A DNA stretch of 64,000 nucleotides from Macrostomum lignano (Eukaryota). The position numbers and the translations under genes were made by a program. The DNA lies in NCBI GenBank assembly GCA_002269645.1, contig NIVC01000657.1, positions 124,001-188,000 of the forward strand. The letters are read 5' to 3'. Each line of letters starts with the position of its first letter. The first letter of the stretch is position 1. Shown here piece by piece: positions 45,423 through 59,200 of the stretch. The notes under the pieces were generated by a model. The model was not told where the DNA came from and did no database searches. It saw only the letters and a program-made list of their open reading frames with translations.

Positions 45423-47815
45423 TTAATCCTGGTTGATCTTCTTAAACTCGGCCACCTGAGCCAGCACGTGAGCTAGTATAGCCTTGGCGTCTCGTTTATC
45501 TGCTGGCAGTTTGTTAGTAACGCCCAGAATCTCTCCGCACTGCCTAACATAGTATTCCAAGTCTTCGTCTGTGCACTTGTTAGTAATCTGAGCTAGGCGA
45601 ACTTTCTCCGTGCTAAACTGTTCGTCTAGATCGAACAGTTCCAGTGCCGGGGCTGGCAACTCGCGAAAGCTGGGCGGAAACACGGCCGGTTGTAGAGGCG
45701 GTAGCGGTGTCTCAAATTGCGGCTGAATCAGCGACAATTGCTCGTGCTTGACGCGCAGCTTGTCGTAGGCAGCGATAGCCTTGGGCACCAGGCTGGTGTC
45801 CATCACGTATAGAGACGAGTCGTACAGGCTCAACACATCTTTTGGTACATCGTCGCTCTCTTGTAGGCAGGCCTTGAGCTCTTCGGACAGGGCTTCAATG
45901 TCCGGCGCGTGCTGATAGTCGGCCACTTCCGGCTCTTCAGCATCGATGGCGTTCAGTTGCAAACTGTCCGAGGACAGGTACTGAAGTAGCACTTCCAGCA
46001 GCTGGGACAGGGGCGGGTTGGATGGAAGTTTAGTGTTCGAGTTTAGGTATTGGAGTTTAGTGTCCGAGTTTAGGTATTGGAGTTTAGTGTCCGAGTTTAG
46101 GTATTGGAGTTTAGTGTCCGAGTTTAGGTATTGGAGTTTAGTGTCCGAGTTTAGGTATTGGAGTTTAGTGTCCGAGTTTAGGTATTGGAGTTTAGTGTCC
46201 GAGTTTGGGTATTGGAGTTTAGTGTCCGAGTTTAGATATTGGAGTTTAGTGTCCGAGTTTGGGTATTGGAGTTTAGTGTCCGAGTTTGGGTATTGGATTT
46301 TTGTGTCCGAGTTTAGGTATTGGATTTTAGGGTCCGAGTTTGGTATTGGACTTTAGTTTCCGAGTTTAGGGGTTTGATTTTAGGTATCTGATGTTAGCTA
46401 ATAAAGTTAGAGTATGTCCGAATTTTTGTGTACGAGTACCAGTTTAGTGTCCGAGTCTAGGTGCTGGATTTTTGTGTCCGAATTTGAACTGAGTTTTCAA
46501 GGTGTCCAACACCAAGGGTGTTTAAGTTTGGATGTCCAATGGATGTCAAATTTTAATATAGGAATTTATGCGTTAAAGATGTGTGTCTTAGACGGAGTCT
46601 ACAAGATGTAGTGTGTCCAAGGTTTAGATCGAGTATCCGAGATTGATACTAGTGCCCGAGATTAATATTAGTTTCCAAGATCAATTATTAGTGTCCGAGA
46701 TTAATATTAGTGTCTGAGATCAATATTAGTTTCTGAGATTATTATTAGTGTCTGAGATTAATATTAGTTTCTGAGATTATTATTAGTGTCCGATTTTAAT
46801 AATAGTGTCCGAGATCAATATTAGTGTCCGAGATTGATATTAGTGTCCAAGATAAATATTTCTGTCCGAAAACAATATTAGTGACCGAGATCAATATTAG
46901 TGTCCGAGATCAATATTAGTGTCCGAGATCAATATTAGTGTCCGAGATCAATACTAGAGTCCGATCACAAACTGTTAATTCACTTACCTTGAAATTGTCC
47001 TCCTTGTCGATATACTCGTCCGAGAAGGCGGCGGCAGCGCCGAACACGGCCACTTTGCCGCCCCCGCCGCTGCCAGCAGCGCGGCTACTAGACGCGGGAG
47101 CAGCAGAAGCAGCAGCGGCAGCAGCATTGGCAAAGGCGCAGACAGGCCTATTAAGCGGAAACGCTACGCTCCCAGTGCTGAGAACAGCCACGGCCGGCTT
47201 AGCGACATTAAGCGTGGCGCCGTACGGATAGACAAAGTGCAGCGAAGATTTGTGCACCGACGATGAGTCACCGTTGCCGCCGATACCGGCAATCATCGGC
47301 GGGAGAGCTTTGCCAGCGGCCTCGCTAATCGCCCTATTCAGCACACCGTTGGGCACGTAGCATTCCTTGGGGTGAAAGTACTTATAGTAGGCTGTGCGAA
47401 CAACGCAATCGCTATTTACTGAGATGCCCAACTCTTCTAGAAAGAAATTCACGTTAGTATCGAATCGCGACTCGCCGCCTTCGCCCATGAGCACCAGGAT
47501 GCTGCCGCCCTTGGCCAAGTAGGCCTTCATCGCGTCGAACTCGGACACAGAGAACTTCTCATTAGGCAAAGCGACTAGAAATATTCTAGCCTCGGACAGT
47601 CGCGACTCGGTCACTTCGTCTTTTAGGCTGACAATTTTCCAGCTGGATTTCAATTTCCTAGTCAAAGTTTTGAAACCATAGTTGGGACCGAAAGCATCGT
47701 GTTTGGAGGCGTTAATTAGCAGGACATTGCTGCCGGCGATTCCAGCTGAAGCGTCTGGATGGTCGCGGCCTCCGTTCATCACCGCCGATGGCTCCGTGGG
47801 CGCCGGGGCTGGCAT
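45423..47815 (-). CDS. IFT52: Intraflagellar transport protein 52, 2 exons (47815-46988, 46001-45423), ~468 aa
   Basis: GEGGESRFDTNVNFFLEE, VVRTAYYKYFHPKE, FVYPYGATLNVAKPA, LIQPQFETPLPPLQPAVFPPSFRELP, LELFDLDEQFS and VAEFKK. Phase-0 GT-AG intron. Confidence 0.96.
46025..46962. repeat. Compound 27-bp and 19-bp minisatellite filling the IFT52 intron
   Basis: AGGTATTGGAGTTTAGTGTCCGAGTTT and GAGATCAATATTAGTGTCC units with a decayed middle. Confidence 0.9.
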
Positions 47816-47880
47816 GGCTGCGGCCAAATTGCAGTAACAGTGAATTGAGATTGACTTGTCTTGGACACCTTGGGTTTATA

Positions 47881-48680
47881 GGGGAGTGAAACTGCCTTCA
47901 GACTGGTCATTCGGGGAGTGAAACTGCCTTCAGACTGGTCATTCGGGGAGTGAAACTGCCTTCAGACTGGTCATTCGGGGAGTGAAACTGCCTTCAGACT
48001 GGTCATTCGGGGAGTGAAACTGCCTTCAGACTGGTCATTCGGGGAGTGAAACTACCTTCAGACTGGTCATTCGGGGAGTGAAACTGCCTTCAGATTGGTC
48101 ATTCGGGGAGTGAAACTGCCTTCAGACTGGTCATTCGGGGAGTAAAACTGCCTTCAGACTGGTCATTCGGGGAGTGAAACTGCCTTCAGACTGGTCATTC
48201 GGGGAGTGAAACTACCTTCAGACTGGTCATTCGGGAGTGAAACTGCCTTCAGACTGGTCATTCGGGAGTGAAACTACCTTCAGACTGGTCATTCGGGGAG
48301 TGAAACTACCTTCAGACTGGTCATTCGGGGAGTGAAACTGCCTTCAGACTGGTCATTCGGGGAGTGAAACTACCATCAGACTGGTCATTCGGGGAGTGAA
48401 ACTGCCTTCAGACTGGTCATTCGGGGAGTGAAAATACCCTCTTCAGGTGTCTTTCAGAGTGGCCCTAGCTTCAGGTGTCCTTCAGAGAGTGGAGCCCTAC
48501 CTTCAGAGAGTGGAGCCCTACCTTCAGAGAGTGAAGCCCTACCTTCAGAGAGTGGAGCCCTACATTCAGAGAGTGGAGCCCTACCTTCAGAGAGTGGAGC
48601 CCTACATTCAGAGAGTGGAGCCCTACATTCAGAGAGTGGAGCCCTACATTCAGATGTACTTTAGAGAGTGGGGCCTTACC
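47881..48680. repeat. Compound 32-bp then 21-bp minisatellite upstream of IFT52
   Basis: GGGGAGTGAAACTGCCTTCAGACTGGTCATTC followed by TTCAGAGAGTGGAGCCCTACC. Confidence 0.93.
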
Positions 48681-49040
48681 TTCAGGTATCCTTCAGAGAA
48701 TGACCCTAAACCCAGGCTTCCTATAACGCATAAAATCAACAAAATACAAGCAAATCCAAACATAAAATAAAAGCTCAGTGCATGCTGAGAAAGTTTATAC
48801 TTTTTTATGATCGGTTTAGATGAAAATTAAAATGCGAACAGTCAATATTTATAATTGACGGCATAATCTAGCACTCAAAATGATCATATCATAAATGATC
48901 CGTTTAGCAAAATGAGTCAAAGCAAATTTATTATCTTGATGGAGCACTGAAAAATGATAATACCCCAGAAAATGAACGAGAAGCATTTTTCGATGAAATC
49001 GAAATTCTCCGATAGATATTTGGTAGCGATCTAAAATATC

Positions 49041-49560
49041 AAAGGGGGTCAGTTGACCTCCTTATGTCCTCACTCCACCCGCATTCTCTACATGATATTA
49101 GATTTAGGCCATCAAAGGGGGTCAGTTGACCTCCTTATGTCCTCACTCCACCCGCATTCTCTACATGATATTAGATTTAGGCCATCAAAGGGGGTCAGTT
49201 GACCTCCTTATGTCCTCACTCCACCCGCATTCTCTACATGATATTAGATTTAGGCCATCAAAGGGGGTCAGTTGACCTCCTTATGTCCTCACTCCACCCG
49301 CATTCTCTACATGATATTAGATTTAGGCCATCAAAGGGGGTCAGTTGACCTCCTTATGTCCTCACTCCACCCGCATTCTCTACATGATATTAGATTTAGG
49401 CCATCAAAGGGGGTCAGTTGACCTCCTTATGTCCTCACTCCACCCGCATTCTCTACAGATTTAGGCCATCAAAGGGGTCAGTTGACCTCCTTATGTCCTC
49501 ACTCCACCCGCATTCTCTACATGATATTAGATTTAGGCCATCAAAGGGGGTCAGTTGACC
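49041..49560. repeat. 73-bp tandem repeat (~7 copies)
   Basis: AAAGGGGGTCAGTTGACC recurs every 73 bp. Confidence 0.93.
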
Positions 49561-49657
49561 ACCCAAGAATCCCCCATACAAAAAATCTTCACTAAAATGC
49601 GCAAAGAAGCGCAAAAGAACAGCAAAAATGAATATCTATATTGTTAACCGCTAAGCT

Positions 49658-50930
49658 TTATCGAGGCGGCCGTTTGTCGAACAGGTTAATGAATGACAGG
49701 TATTTAGTTCGGTGCTCCGCCTTAGCCGGCACAATGTGACCAGCCGGGTGACCGAAGAACGACAATTGGCCAAACGTTGGCAGCAGGGCTTCCGTCATCT
49801 CCCTGGGTATCACCTGATTAAATATAAGGGGCAACACAAAACAAAATTGTAACAATTATACTATCTGTTGAACTGATTGAGCATTTTATAGCATTTTAGC
49901 ACTATCAACCTCTTCTACTGGTAAGCTTGTACAGTGTATGTTCCTTGTCTCTTCCCTCCCGCTTCCCATTCTCTTCCCTCCCGCTTCCCTGTCTCTTCCC
50001 TTCGGCTTCCCTGCCTCTTCCCTCCCGCTTCCCTGTCTCTTCCCTCCCGCTTCCCTGTCTCTTTCCTCCCGCTTCCCAGTCTCTTCCCTCCCGCTTCCCT
50101 GTCTTTTCCCTCCCGCTTCCCTGTCTCTTCCTCGTGCTTCCCAGTTTTATTCTATTAATAGAATATTCTATTTTTCTGGCGGTTCGCAACCAACTCACCT
50201 TGTCAACCTCCCCGCTAACGACCATACAGGGCGTATCGACTCTTTTATCGTAATACTTATTGTGCCCGCTGCAGGGACTTTTGAATGGCGCGAACAGGAT
50301 AGCAAATTTCGGCAGAAGCGCCGGCTCCTCGTTCTCTAAGTGTCGCAGTACAATATAGGCCATAGCGGCGCCCTGGCTGAAGCCCATCAGGCCGTCGTAG
50401 GCGTGCTTCCTCAACTGGGCCACAACCAGCTTCAAAGACTCTTCCAATCCGTGCTCCCAGTCACTTTGCTCTGAGGCATTGAATCCGCCAGTAGGTTTGG
50501 AGAACCACCAGGCCCGCTCGGTGCCAGCGGAGCCGCCAGTCAGGCACAACAGGCCGCTATTGTTGCTGACGCCGCTCAAATCGACATCGGCAGCCGACGG
50601 CGAATCAACCAAATGCGGCGCGTCGATAAAATCGTAGCGAATAGTTCGAAAAGTATTCGTAGTCTTCTTAACTAGTTTGCGGAATGCGCCAGTCTTTTGG
50701 CGAAACGAACTGCCAGTCTGACGATAGCCGTGCAGGCACAGTATTCTCATGCTGTCGTCCTCCTCTTCTTCCTCTTTCTCTAATTCCGCTTGTTTGGTGT
50801 CTTTTGCTGCAACTTCTGCAACAAGCGTGTCGCCACCTGCTGCTGCTGGCACCGCTGCTACAGAATCCAATGCGGAGTTGATTGGGTCGGACTGGAAAAG
50901 GCAATGTTGGCGTGGCAATTGCGGTAACAT
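49658..50930 (-). CDS. OVCA2: Serine hydrolase OVCA2/FSH1 family, 2 exons (50930 or 50750 to 50199; 49813-49658)
   Basis: MRILCLHGYRQ, FIDAPH, RAWWF, nucleophile GFSQGA, GEVDK|VIP (Asp) and GHIVP (His). The start codon is ambiguous (MLPQ or MRIL). The 551-aa ORF is inflated by repeats. Confidence 0.9.
49945..50132. repeat. ~22-bp CT-rich repeat in the OVCA2 intron
   Basis: CTTCCCTCCCGCTTCCCTGTCT units. Confidence 0.85.
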
Positions 50931-50999
50931 GAGCAGGGCGGATAAGCAGTGGATAATCACTGGCTTAGCTGAAGGGAAGTTGCGAAGAGACGAGAGAAA

Positions 51000-51450
51000 A
51001 TGAACAGGTGAGAGAGGGAGAGGGACAGATGAGAGAGGGAGAGACAGGTGAAAGGGAGAGGGACAGGTGAGAGGGAGGAGGGAAAGGTGAGATAGGGAGG
51101 AGAGACAGGTGAGAGGGAGAGGGACAGGTGAGAGGGAGGAGGGACAGGTGAGATAGGGAGGAGAGACAGGTGAGAGGGAGAGGGACAGGTGAGAGGGAGG
51201 AGGGACAGGTGAGATAGGGAGGAGAGACAGTTGAGAGGGAGAGGGACAGGTGAGATAGGGAGGAGAGACAGGTGAGAGGGAGAGGGACAGGTGAGATAGG
51301 GAGGAGAGACAGTTGAGAGGGAGAGGGACAGGTGAGAGGGAGAGGGACAGGTGAGATAGGGAGGAGGGACAGGTGAGATAGGGAGGAGGGACAGGTGAGA
51401 TAGGGAGGAGAGACAGGTGAGAGGGAGAGGGACAAGTGAGATAGGGAGGA
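51000..51450. repeat. GA-rich ~22-bp minisatellite upstream of OVCA2
   Basis: GAGAGGGACAGGTGAGATAGGGAG-type units. Confidence 0.9.
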
Positions 51451-51854
51451 AGACAGAACGAATAGGAAATATGATAGTGACATATAAGTAGGATAAGAAG
51501 AAAGCAGAAATCCTGATAAAAAATCAATTTTTTTGAAAGCCAAGTCAGCGAATGAAACACAGATAATGATCTGAAAAATGAGTTTTTGCGAATGTTGAAA
51601 AAATAACAAAAATTGGCTTATTCAGTTTAGCTAGTGCAAAAAAACCAGAACGTCATTACCTAATCTTTATAAACACATTGTTGGAAAATAATGACCTAAG
51701 CTTAATTTTAAGCAGTCGTCTAAAGCCCTTAGCTTACAAAAATGGACCAAAAATGGGTGGAAAACTGTGTAACAGTTCTTAATTAAACCTGTTTTGCCTA
51801 ACCTACTGCTTGATTTTAAATTAACCGATAGCACACTCTGCTCACTGAATGCAT

Positions 51855-52592
<738 letters not shown>

Positions 52593-54030
52593 ATATATGT
52601 GTAGATGTAAGCAATAAATAAAAATAGCTCCGGGAAAATCCATTTATCCAAACATTATCCTGGAACCACTACGAGAAACTAATTGACAAGTCAATCGCAA
52701 CTTTACTATAGATCAATTATAGTGTTTAATAATCTAGGCATTAGGATAATGGCTTTCATATTGACACGAGCAGTCAATCACTCTGGGAAGGAGAAACGCG
52801 GCAAATGCGCAAGATAAATGCGAGGAGCGGAATTGGGAAGAATATCCTTTAGATTGACGAAGGAAGAAGTCATTGGGAGTATGGATATTTATGTCAACAC
52901 CAGAAATGTAATAAGTTCTAAAAGCGTTCAAGTCGCTCACTACCCACCACATACTATAGCTATAGTTTAAAGCGATCTTAAGTCCTAATAATCAACTAAC
53001 GATATGTAGCGAAAAAATCTTTAAAGACTTGGAATCAAATTTAAAATTGACATAGCAAAAACTGTCCTAACGAAAAGTAAATTATTAATTTTCATAATTT
53101 TCAGTACAGTTATACTACGTTGCGTTAATCCTTACCAACCTAAAGTCAAATTTGTTCTAGATTTGTTCAAACTACATATGCATAGATGCACGAAACGAGA
53201 AATTTCTATGCAAAGTTGGCAAAGCAATCTGAAGAAAATTTTTAGAACATATCAGACTGCACCTGCCGGAAACTACCAATAGTTTTTAAAAAAAGATTAA
53301 AATGAGGTATCATATAGACTATGAGCTTTCGCTCTAAGCATTTGAGAAACCTCCCAATGAACTAGTCTGTATTTAAGCAGTTCCCCCTTCCCATGAGCCT
53401 TGGTATCTCAGCACTTCCCCATCCCACAGCTGCGATGCAAATGACTTGACCGCAATTTATAAACACAAGCCTATATTTAGACTGAGTGCAATATAATTTG
53501 ATCATTCAACTGGGCCATGCTTGTTAATTGAGCCCAGGCGCTTATCTACACATTAAAATTTAACACGTGGCTTGGTAAAAAATGAATGATAGAAAAAATC
53601 GTTTCACGAGTTTATGCGAGTGCACAACAGTGTCCCAACGTGCCTAAAGTGATTCAAACACTCCTTAATTTATTCACCTCTCATTAGCTACTCCGATGTA
53701 CATATGCAATTGCACGTTCAAGTGATGCCTTAATTAATAGTAGAGCCAGCTACAAAGTGAAGTTGATTGACAAAAAGGCACGGTGCAAAGACTCATGTGC
53801 CTCTCTATATTGCTCAAATACTACCAACCAATGAGAATACTTCTGAGCGAGTTGCCAATAGAAACGCCTCGATTCCACCAACATATACTTACTATGAGAC
53901 AGTTATTATCGCATAAAACCAAACCAGGAAGCATCGCTCTGCACTTAGCTGCATAGTGAAATTAAGGTTTTTTTTAATACACGCCTTGTACAAACTGGAT
54001 TCAATTACGATAGACAACGTTACTTATCAG

Positions 54031-56228
54031 TTTCCAGATAGACCTACCGAATTACTAGAACAATGCACTTCGCAGCATGGTAATAATGAATCTGCTGAAC
54101 AACGCAACCTGCTATGCACCACGGCTACTCTGCTTGGCGCCTTGTACGCTTATCCGTTTCCAGCGGTGTTAGCTATCGGCGTCATTGGCAACATACTGAC
54201 TATAGTTGTACTCGGCTTCAAAAGCATCCAAGTGAGTAGGCACAGCGTCTACCTATGCGGTGTAGCATTTGCTGACACGCTTCACCTGCTATTCGTCGGA
54301 TTAGGATGGCTATTCTTAGCCAAAGGCTTGCCGTGGGCAACGGGGGGCAGCAGCTACGTTTATTTGATGAACTTCGGAGTTTGGCCGTGTCGTATGTACA
54401 GATTCTTGGCCGGTCTGGCCAGCATACACGCCTATAATTCGTTTTTACTCGTGGCAGCCGATCGATGCCTAGCTGTGTACTTTCCATTCAAATTTATTAA
54501 CGTTAGCAGCAATACGGCAATTAGACTGAGTCTGGCTACTCTGCTTGTCAGTCTGCTTAGCGCTCTACCGTTTGTTGTTATGATGGGATATGTCACCGTG
54601 CCGGAGCAGAAACTCGTCTTCTGCTGGCTCACCGTCAATAGCGGCGCTTTTCAACTATACGACGCTCTCTATGTCAAAGGTTAGTTAATTGAAAACCCTT
54701 TTCCTGTTTCTTACCTATACTCAGCAACATTGAAAATTCGCCACTCCATGCGCCAGTGAGCAATTTCTCTTGGACTATTCTGAAATAAAATATCTGAGAA
54801 AACTGATCGGGGTAGCTTTAATCTGTCCAACCCTCGCACACCGCTGCCCCCAATTCATTCCTCAACTCAAGTCTGCCGCGAAGTATAGTAGCTGAGTTGA
54901 GTCACTCGCAAAGAGTGAGAGATTTCATCTGCACTCACAAGTGGCGACCACAGATGGAATCTTCTGTGATGGCGACTTTTCGATGTTGCTGGGTGTATTA
55001 AAAGTGGCTCTGATGGTAGCCCAGCAACTGACACTCTGGGAGGCTGGCCCAGCTATTGACACTCTGGGAGGCTAGCCCAGCAACTGAGGATCTGGGAGTC
55101 TGGCCCAGCAACTGACACTCTGGAAGGCTGGTCCAGCAACTGACACTCCGGGCTGGCCCAGCAACTGGGGATCTGAGAGGCTGGCCCAGCAACTGAGGAT
55201 CTGGGAGGCTGGCCCAGCAACTGAGGATCTGGGAGGCTGGCCCAGCAACTGACACTCTGGAAGGCTGGCCCAGCAACTGAGGATCTGAGAGGCTGGCCCA
55301 GCAACTGACACTCTGGAAGGCTGGCCCAGCAACTGAGGATCTGGGAGGCTAGCCCAGCAACTGAGGATCTGGGAGGCTGGCCCAGCAACTGACACTCTGG
55401 AAGGCTGGTCCAGCAACTGACACTCCGGGAGGCTGGCCCAGCAACTGGGGATCTGAGAGGCTGGCCCAGCAACTGAGGATCTGGGAGGCTGGCCCAGCAA
55501 CTGAGGATCTGGGAGGCTGGCCCAGCAACTGACACTCTGGAAGGCTGGTCCAGCTACTGACACTCCGGGAGGCTGGCCCAGCAACTGAGGATCTGGAGAT
55601 GTTGGAAGATAAGCCTGAGGATTAACAGGAGAAGCATCTCTAGGATTAGGGGAAGCAATTAAAAAATAAGAGATTTGGGCAGAAGAGAACAAAAGTAGAG
55701 TTAATCAGGAAATGAGTTTTGTAAATAATCAGCGATATTTAGTGCTGAAGAAAAAGCAAAGTTAATTAATAAGTTTTTCCGCAACAAATTGTTTCCAATC
55801 AAAAACATATTCCAGGCATCGCCCAGATGCTGCTGATATTCCTCATCAACCTGGCTCTGCTAATCAAAATGGCGCAGGTAACCCGCCAGCACAATCGCCT
55901 AGTAAATGGCGGAGCTAATCAGAGCAACATAATGCCGAAACAACTGGAGACGGAAGAAATGAAAGCCACAATAATGATAGTACTGCTATCTGTGTTAGTT
56001 TTAATCTGTGCAGTACCAGCTGCCAGCCTGGGCCTAATCAACTACATCACTGTGTACATCAGCCACAATGCAAGCAATGGCCAGCTGCAGTTAATGTGGA
56101 ACTGGCTAGATATCAGCTTATTCCTTGTGTTTCTAGAGCAAAGCACCAAGTGGATTGTCTATCTGGCGCAGAGCAGGACATTCCGACGAAAGATGATGAT
56201 TTACCTGCGGTACAGGAGGCGCAGTTAA
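54031..56228 (+). CDS. Class A (rhodopsin-like) peptide-receptor-type GPCR, exons ~54031-54679 and 55816-56228; 5' end uncertain
   Basis: TM1 IGVIGNILTIVVL, TM2 YLCGVAFADT, WPCRMY, ADRCLAVYFP. A phase-1 intron (AAG|GTTAGT...CCAG|GC) joins TM5, followed by TM6 KATIMIVLLSVLVLICAVP and TM7. No in-frame ATG before TM1. Confidence 0.85.
55015..55597. repeat. 28-bp minisatellite, copy 2 (GPCR intron)
   Basis: Same unit and orientation as 7972-8897. Confidence 0.93.
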
Positions 56229-59200
56229 GGCCTAAGCTGGATCCTCAGCAGTCTGCCTGCATCACATAACGGCTGCTTCTGTTTTAATTGTTATAAAAAT
56301 ATTCAACTTTTATCTCAAACTTTGTAGAGTAAGCTTAAATATCCCTGGCAAAGTACGAGTCATTTTAGCATTGAAAAAACTATACTCGTTCAAATGTGCA
56401 AAAAAGCCTACTATGAGTAATAAAATCGAAAAGAATAAAAGTAGAAATGCAATAATAAAATAGCACCTATCAACTAAGCTGCAAAAATGAAACTCGCTTT
56501 CTTTTGAATGTATTACTTTTCATTATAAAAACAAAAAAAACAATTCTAGTTTTTATATTTCTAGGTTAATTTAAGCTGTTATCAAATAAGCAATCAATTA
56601 AAAAAGTCACCAAAATCAATTAAAAGTTTGCTATCAAGCATTTACATGTTTATAACTAATACATTATCATAATATTTCAAAGCCAATTAGTCTAGACGAA
56701 TTGGGATATATTCTGGGAAATTATTCATAAAAAATAATTTATAGATAAAAATTTAATAGTGAGTAAATACATAAAAATTTATGCACAACTTTCTATCTAA
56801 TTATTGCTGAGATATCAAGGATTACTAGGGAAAATTGCTAAGATACCAAGGTGGAGAGGTCAAAAACTATACATTGTTTAATTAGAAAATTACTCCATTC
56901 TTTGAATGATTTTAATTAAATAATATGATTTATTTAACTGAAAAAGGAATGCTTTTAAAGAAATATGCTTACATTTTAAAGGATTCTCAAATAATCTTTA
57001 TCCATTGCTTTTGTGTATCCCATAGGGCTAGTCTCTCTATGGCTAGTCTTTACCCTAAAACCAATGGTCATCAAGTGGCAGCCTTAATCCAAATCTAGCC
57101 ATAACTCTTCACTCTCCCCTTACCAATACCAACCTAAACTAAGGTCCTTATGATACAAATTGCATCTCCCTTAGTTATGGTAAGAACTGTGGGGATGATA
57201 AGAATTAGACTGATTTGGGGCTAAAATCTAAGAAAAGTTTATTATTGGCTTTGAGGTAGACATTTAAACATCTTTTATTAAATGTAAAAGTACACTACAA
57301 GCAAAATTTGATACCAGGAACATGACTACACAGAATTATAAAAACATTTTTAAGCAGTAGAAATATACTTTTATTCAATTTGAATCTGATGATTTCTCCC
57401 AATAGGGGATATTAAATATGTTTAAGCATATAAGCATACTAATTGATTTAATCATCCACATTGAACACTATTCATTTCTATATCCCACATGTCTAAATTT
57501 AATGTCATATGAAAAACCAAGGTACTAGCTAGTATCAATAAAAAATTGAAACTTAGATACTTATATAATAGGCCTCATTTTTAGTAGACTAACTTTCTTA
57601 GAAATTAAAAAAATTCAAAACTCTATTATTTGTTATACTATACTACTTGCTTACTTAGATTACTAATTAGATAGAGGCATTTTTGTAACTTTAAATTGTC
57701 ATAGTTATTCTCACCATTAACCTTACCTTTACTTTTTGCTTACATTCGGAAACATTTAGATATTTGGATTATTTGATTCAGCATTTTTAGTACATTTAGA
57801 TTTGGTTTTGGAAACTCACAAAAATCCACATTTGGTACATCACTAGCCAAAACTTAGCAGATTAAGTTAACTCAAAATGATAGGGCCTAAATACTTTAAA
57901 TGAAATCTCAAGATATATGTCAAATAAATGTCCAACATACTATGCATTCTTACAATTTGGTCTTGATATGAATCCATAATCCATTGTTCTTCTGATGACA
58001 TTGATGTTTTATGTGTGCAAAGATTAGTCTAAGGTTTAATTTTAGGGTTGACAAAATATAAATAATACTTAATAGTATGCTATTTAATATTAATACTTAC
58101 TCAGCTAGTTGTATAAAAGATGCAACCTATTGGTGGAATTGGTAAAGAAAGATAATTTATTATAACAATGATAGAGTGCCTAATAATCAAAATAAAAAAT
58201 CTATCATAACAAATGCATTTAGCCTAAGGCTAGGCCTAAGCTAAGCCAAGGGGTAGGTTTTGAGGGAGAGGCTAGGTATAGCCAATGGCAATGCAATATC
58301 TCTTGTTAGGAGGGGGGGCAGTAGTTAGGTAGTCATCCCCTTCTTATAAAATGAATGTACAACACAAAATTTCCTATAGAAATGCATTTTTAATCATTGG
58401 TGCAAGTTGTATAACAGGGGAAGACTATTTGCCCTCCCTTCCTAGGGTCTTTTTGAGGGCCATGGGGATGGTGGGGTAGTCACCCCCTTGAGGCAGTGAC
58501 CTGTGGTCACCCAGGGCCAGGGGCAGCTGCCCTTCTTTTTGCCTTCCTTTTTTATGCTACCACTAGGGGTCACCATGGTAAGCCACCTTTTTCCAAAATA
58601 GCTTGATAGAACATATTGTTCCCCCAAAAACAAACCTAAGTTTGTGCCTTTAAGAGCCTTGATTTTTTGCCTTCTATATATTTTTATACTTTTAAGCTTG
58701 ATTTTTTGTTCCTTATATGCATTTCTTAACATTTCTTAGCTTAAAAATTAGTGCCCCTCATACTCATATTGGTTCCTAAAACTTTGATCCCCCAAAATGA
58801 AAGTCTAGATCTGTTATGGGCTAAGGCTAAGCTTAACTAAGGATTAAAGAACTATTAACTAGAATATTTAAAAGTTAAAAAAGTATTAGGTGGCTTTTAG
58901 GCCCTAATTGAAATAAAATTAAAAAGCTCAATATTTGTCATTGGTGCATATATAGATAGGATTTTTAGATAGATCAAGGATAAATAACTTCATTTCCCCT
59001 GCCTTAGGGGATGGTTACTAAGTATACCTAACAGCACTAATAGCCCAAAATGGTCAAATGAAAAATGAAATTGCAGACTTAAGGTCAAGGACTTATTAAA
59101 AATGTACTTTTGAAAAATATTATATATTTCTAGGCCTTTGTCATATCGTCTATTCTTCTCTTGGTACACAAAACTCAGAGATTTTTGCCGAAAATGATAG

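Noticed and set aside
22240-49560. Regular 32-46-bp and 73-bp arrays as CRISPR-like arrays
   Set aside because: Units are contiguous with no unique spacers, there are no cas genes, and the context is eukaryotic.
57170-58585. TATG|GTAAGAAC (~57.18 kb) and CATG|GTAAG (~58.57 kb) as spliced-leader RNA genes
   Set aside because: No leader hairpin, no suitably spaced Sm site, and no resemblance upstream to flatworm SL sequences I recall.
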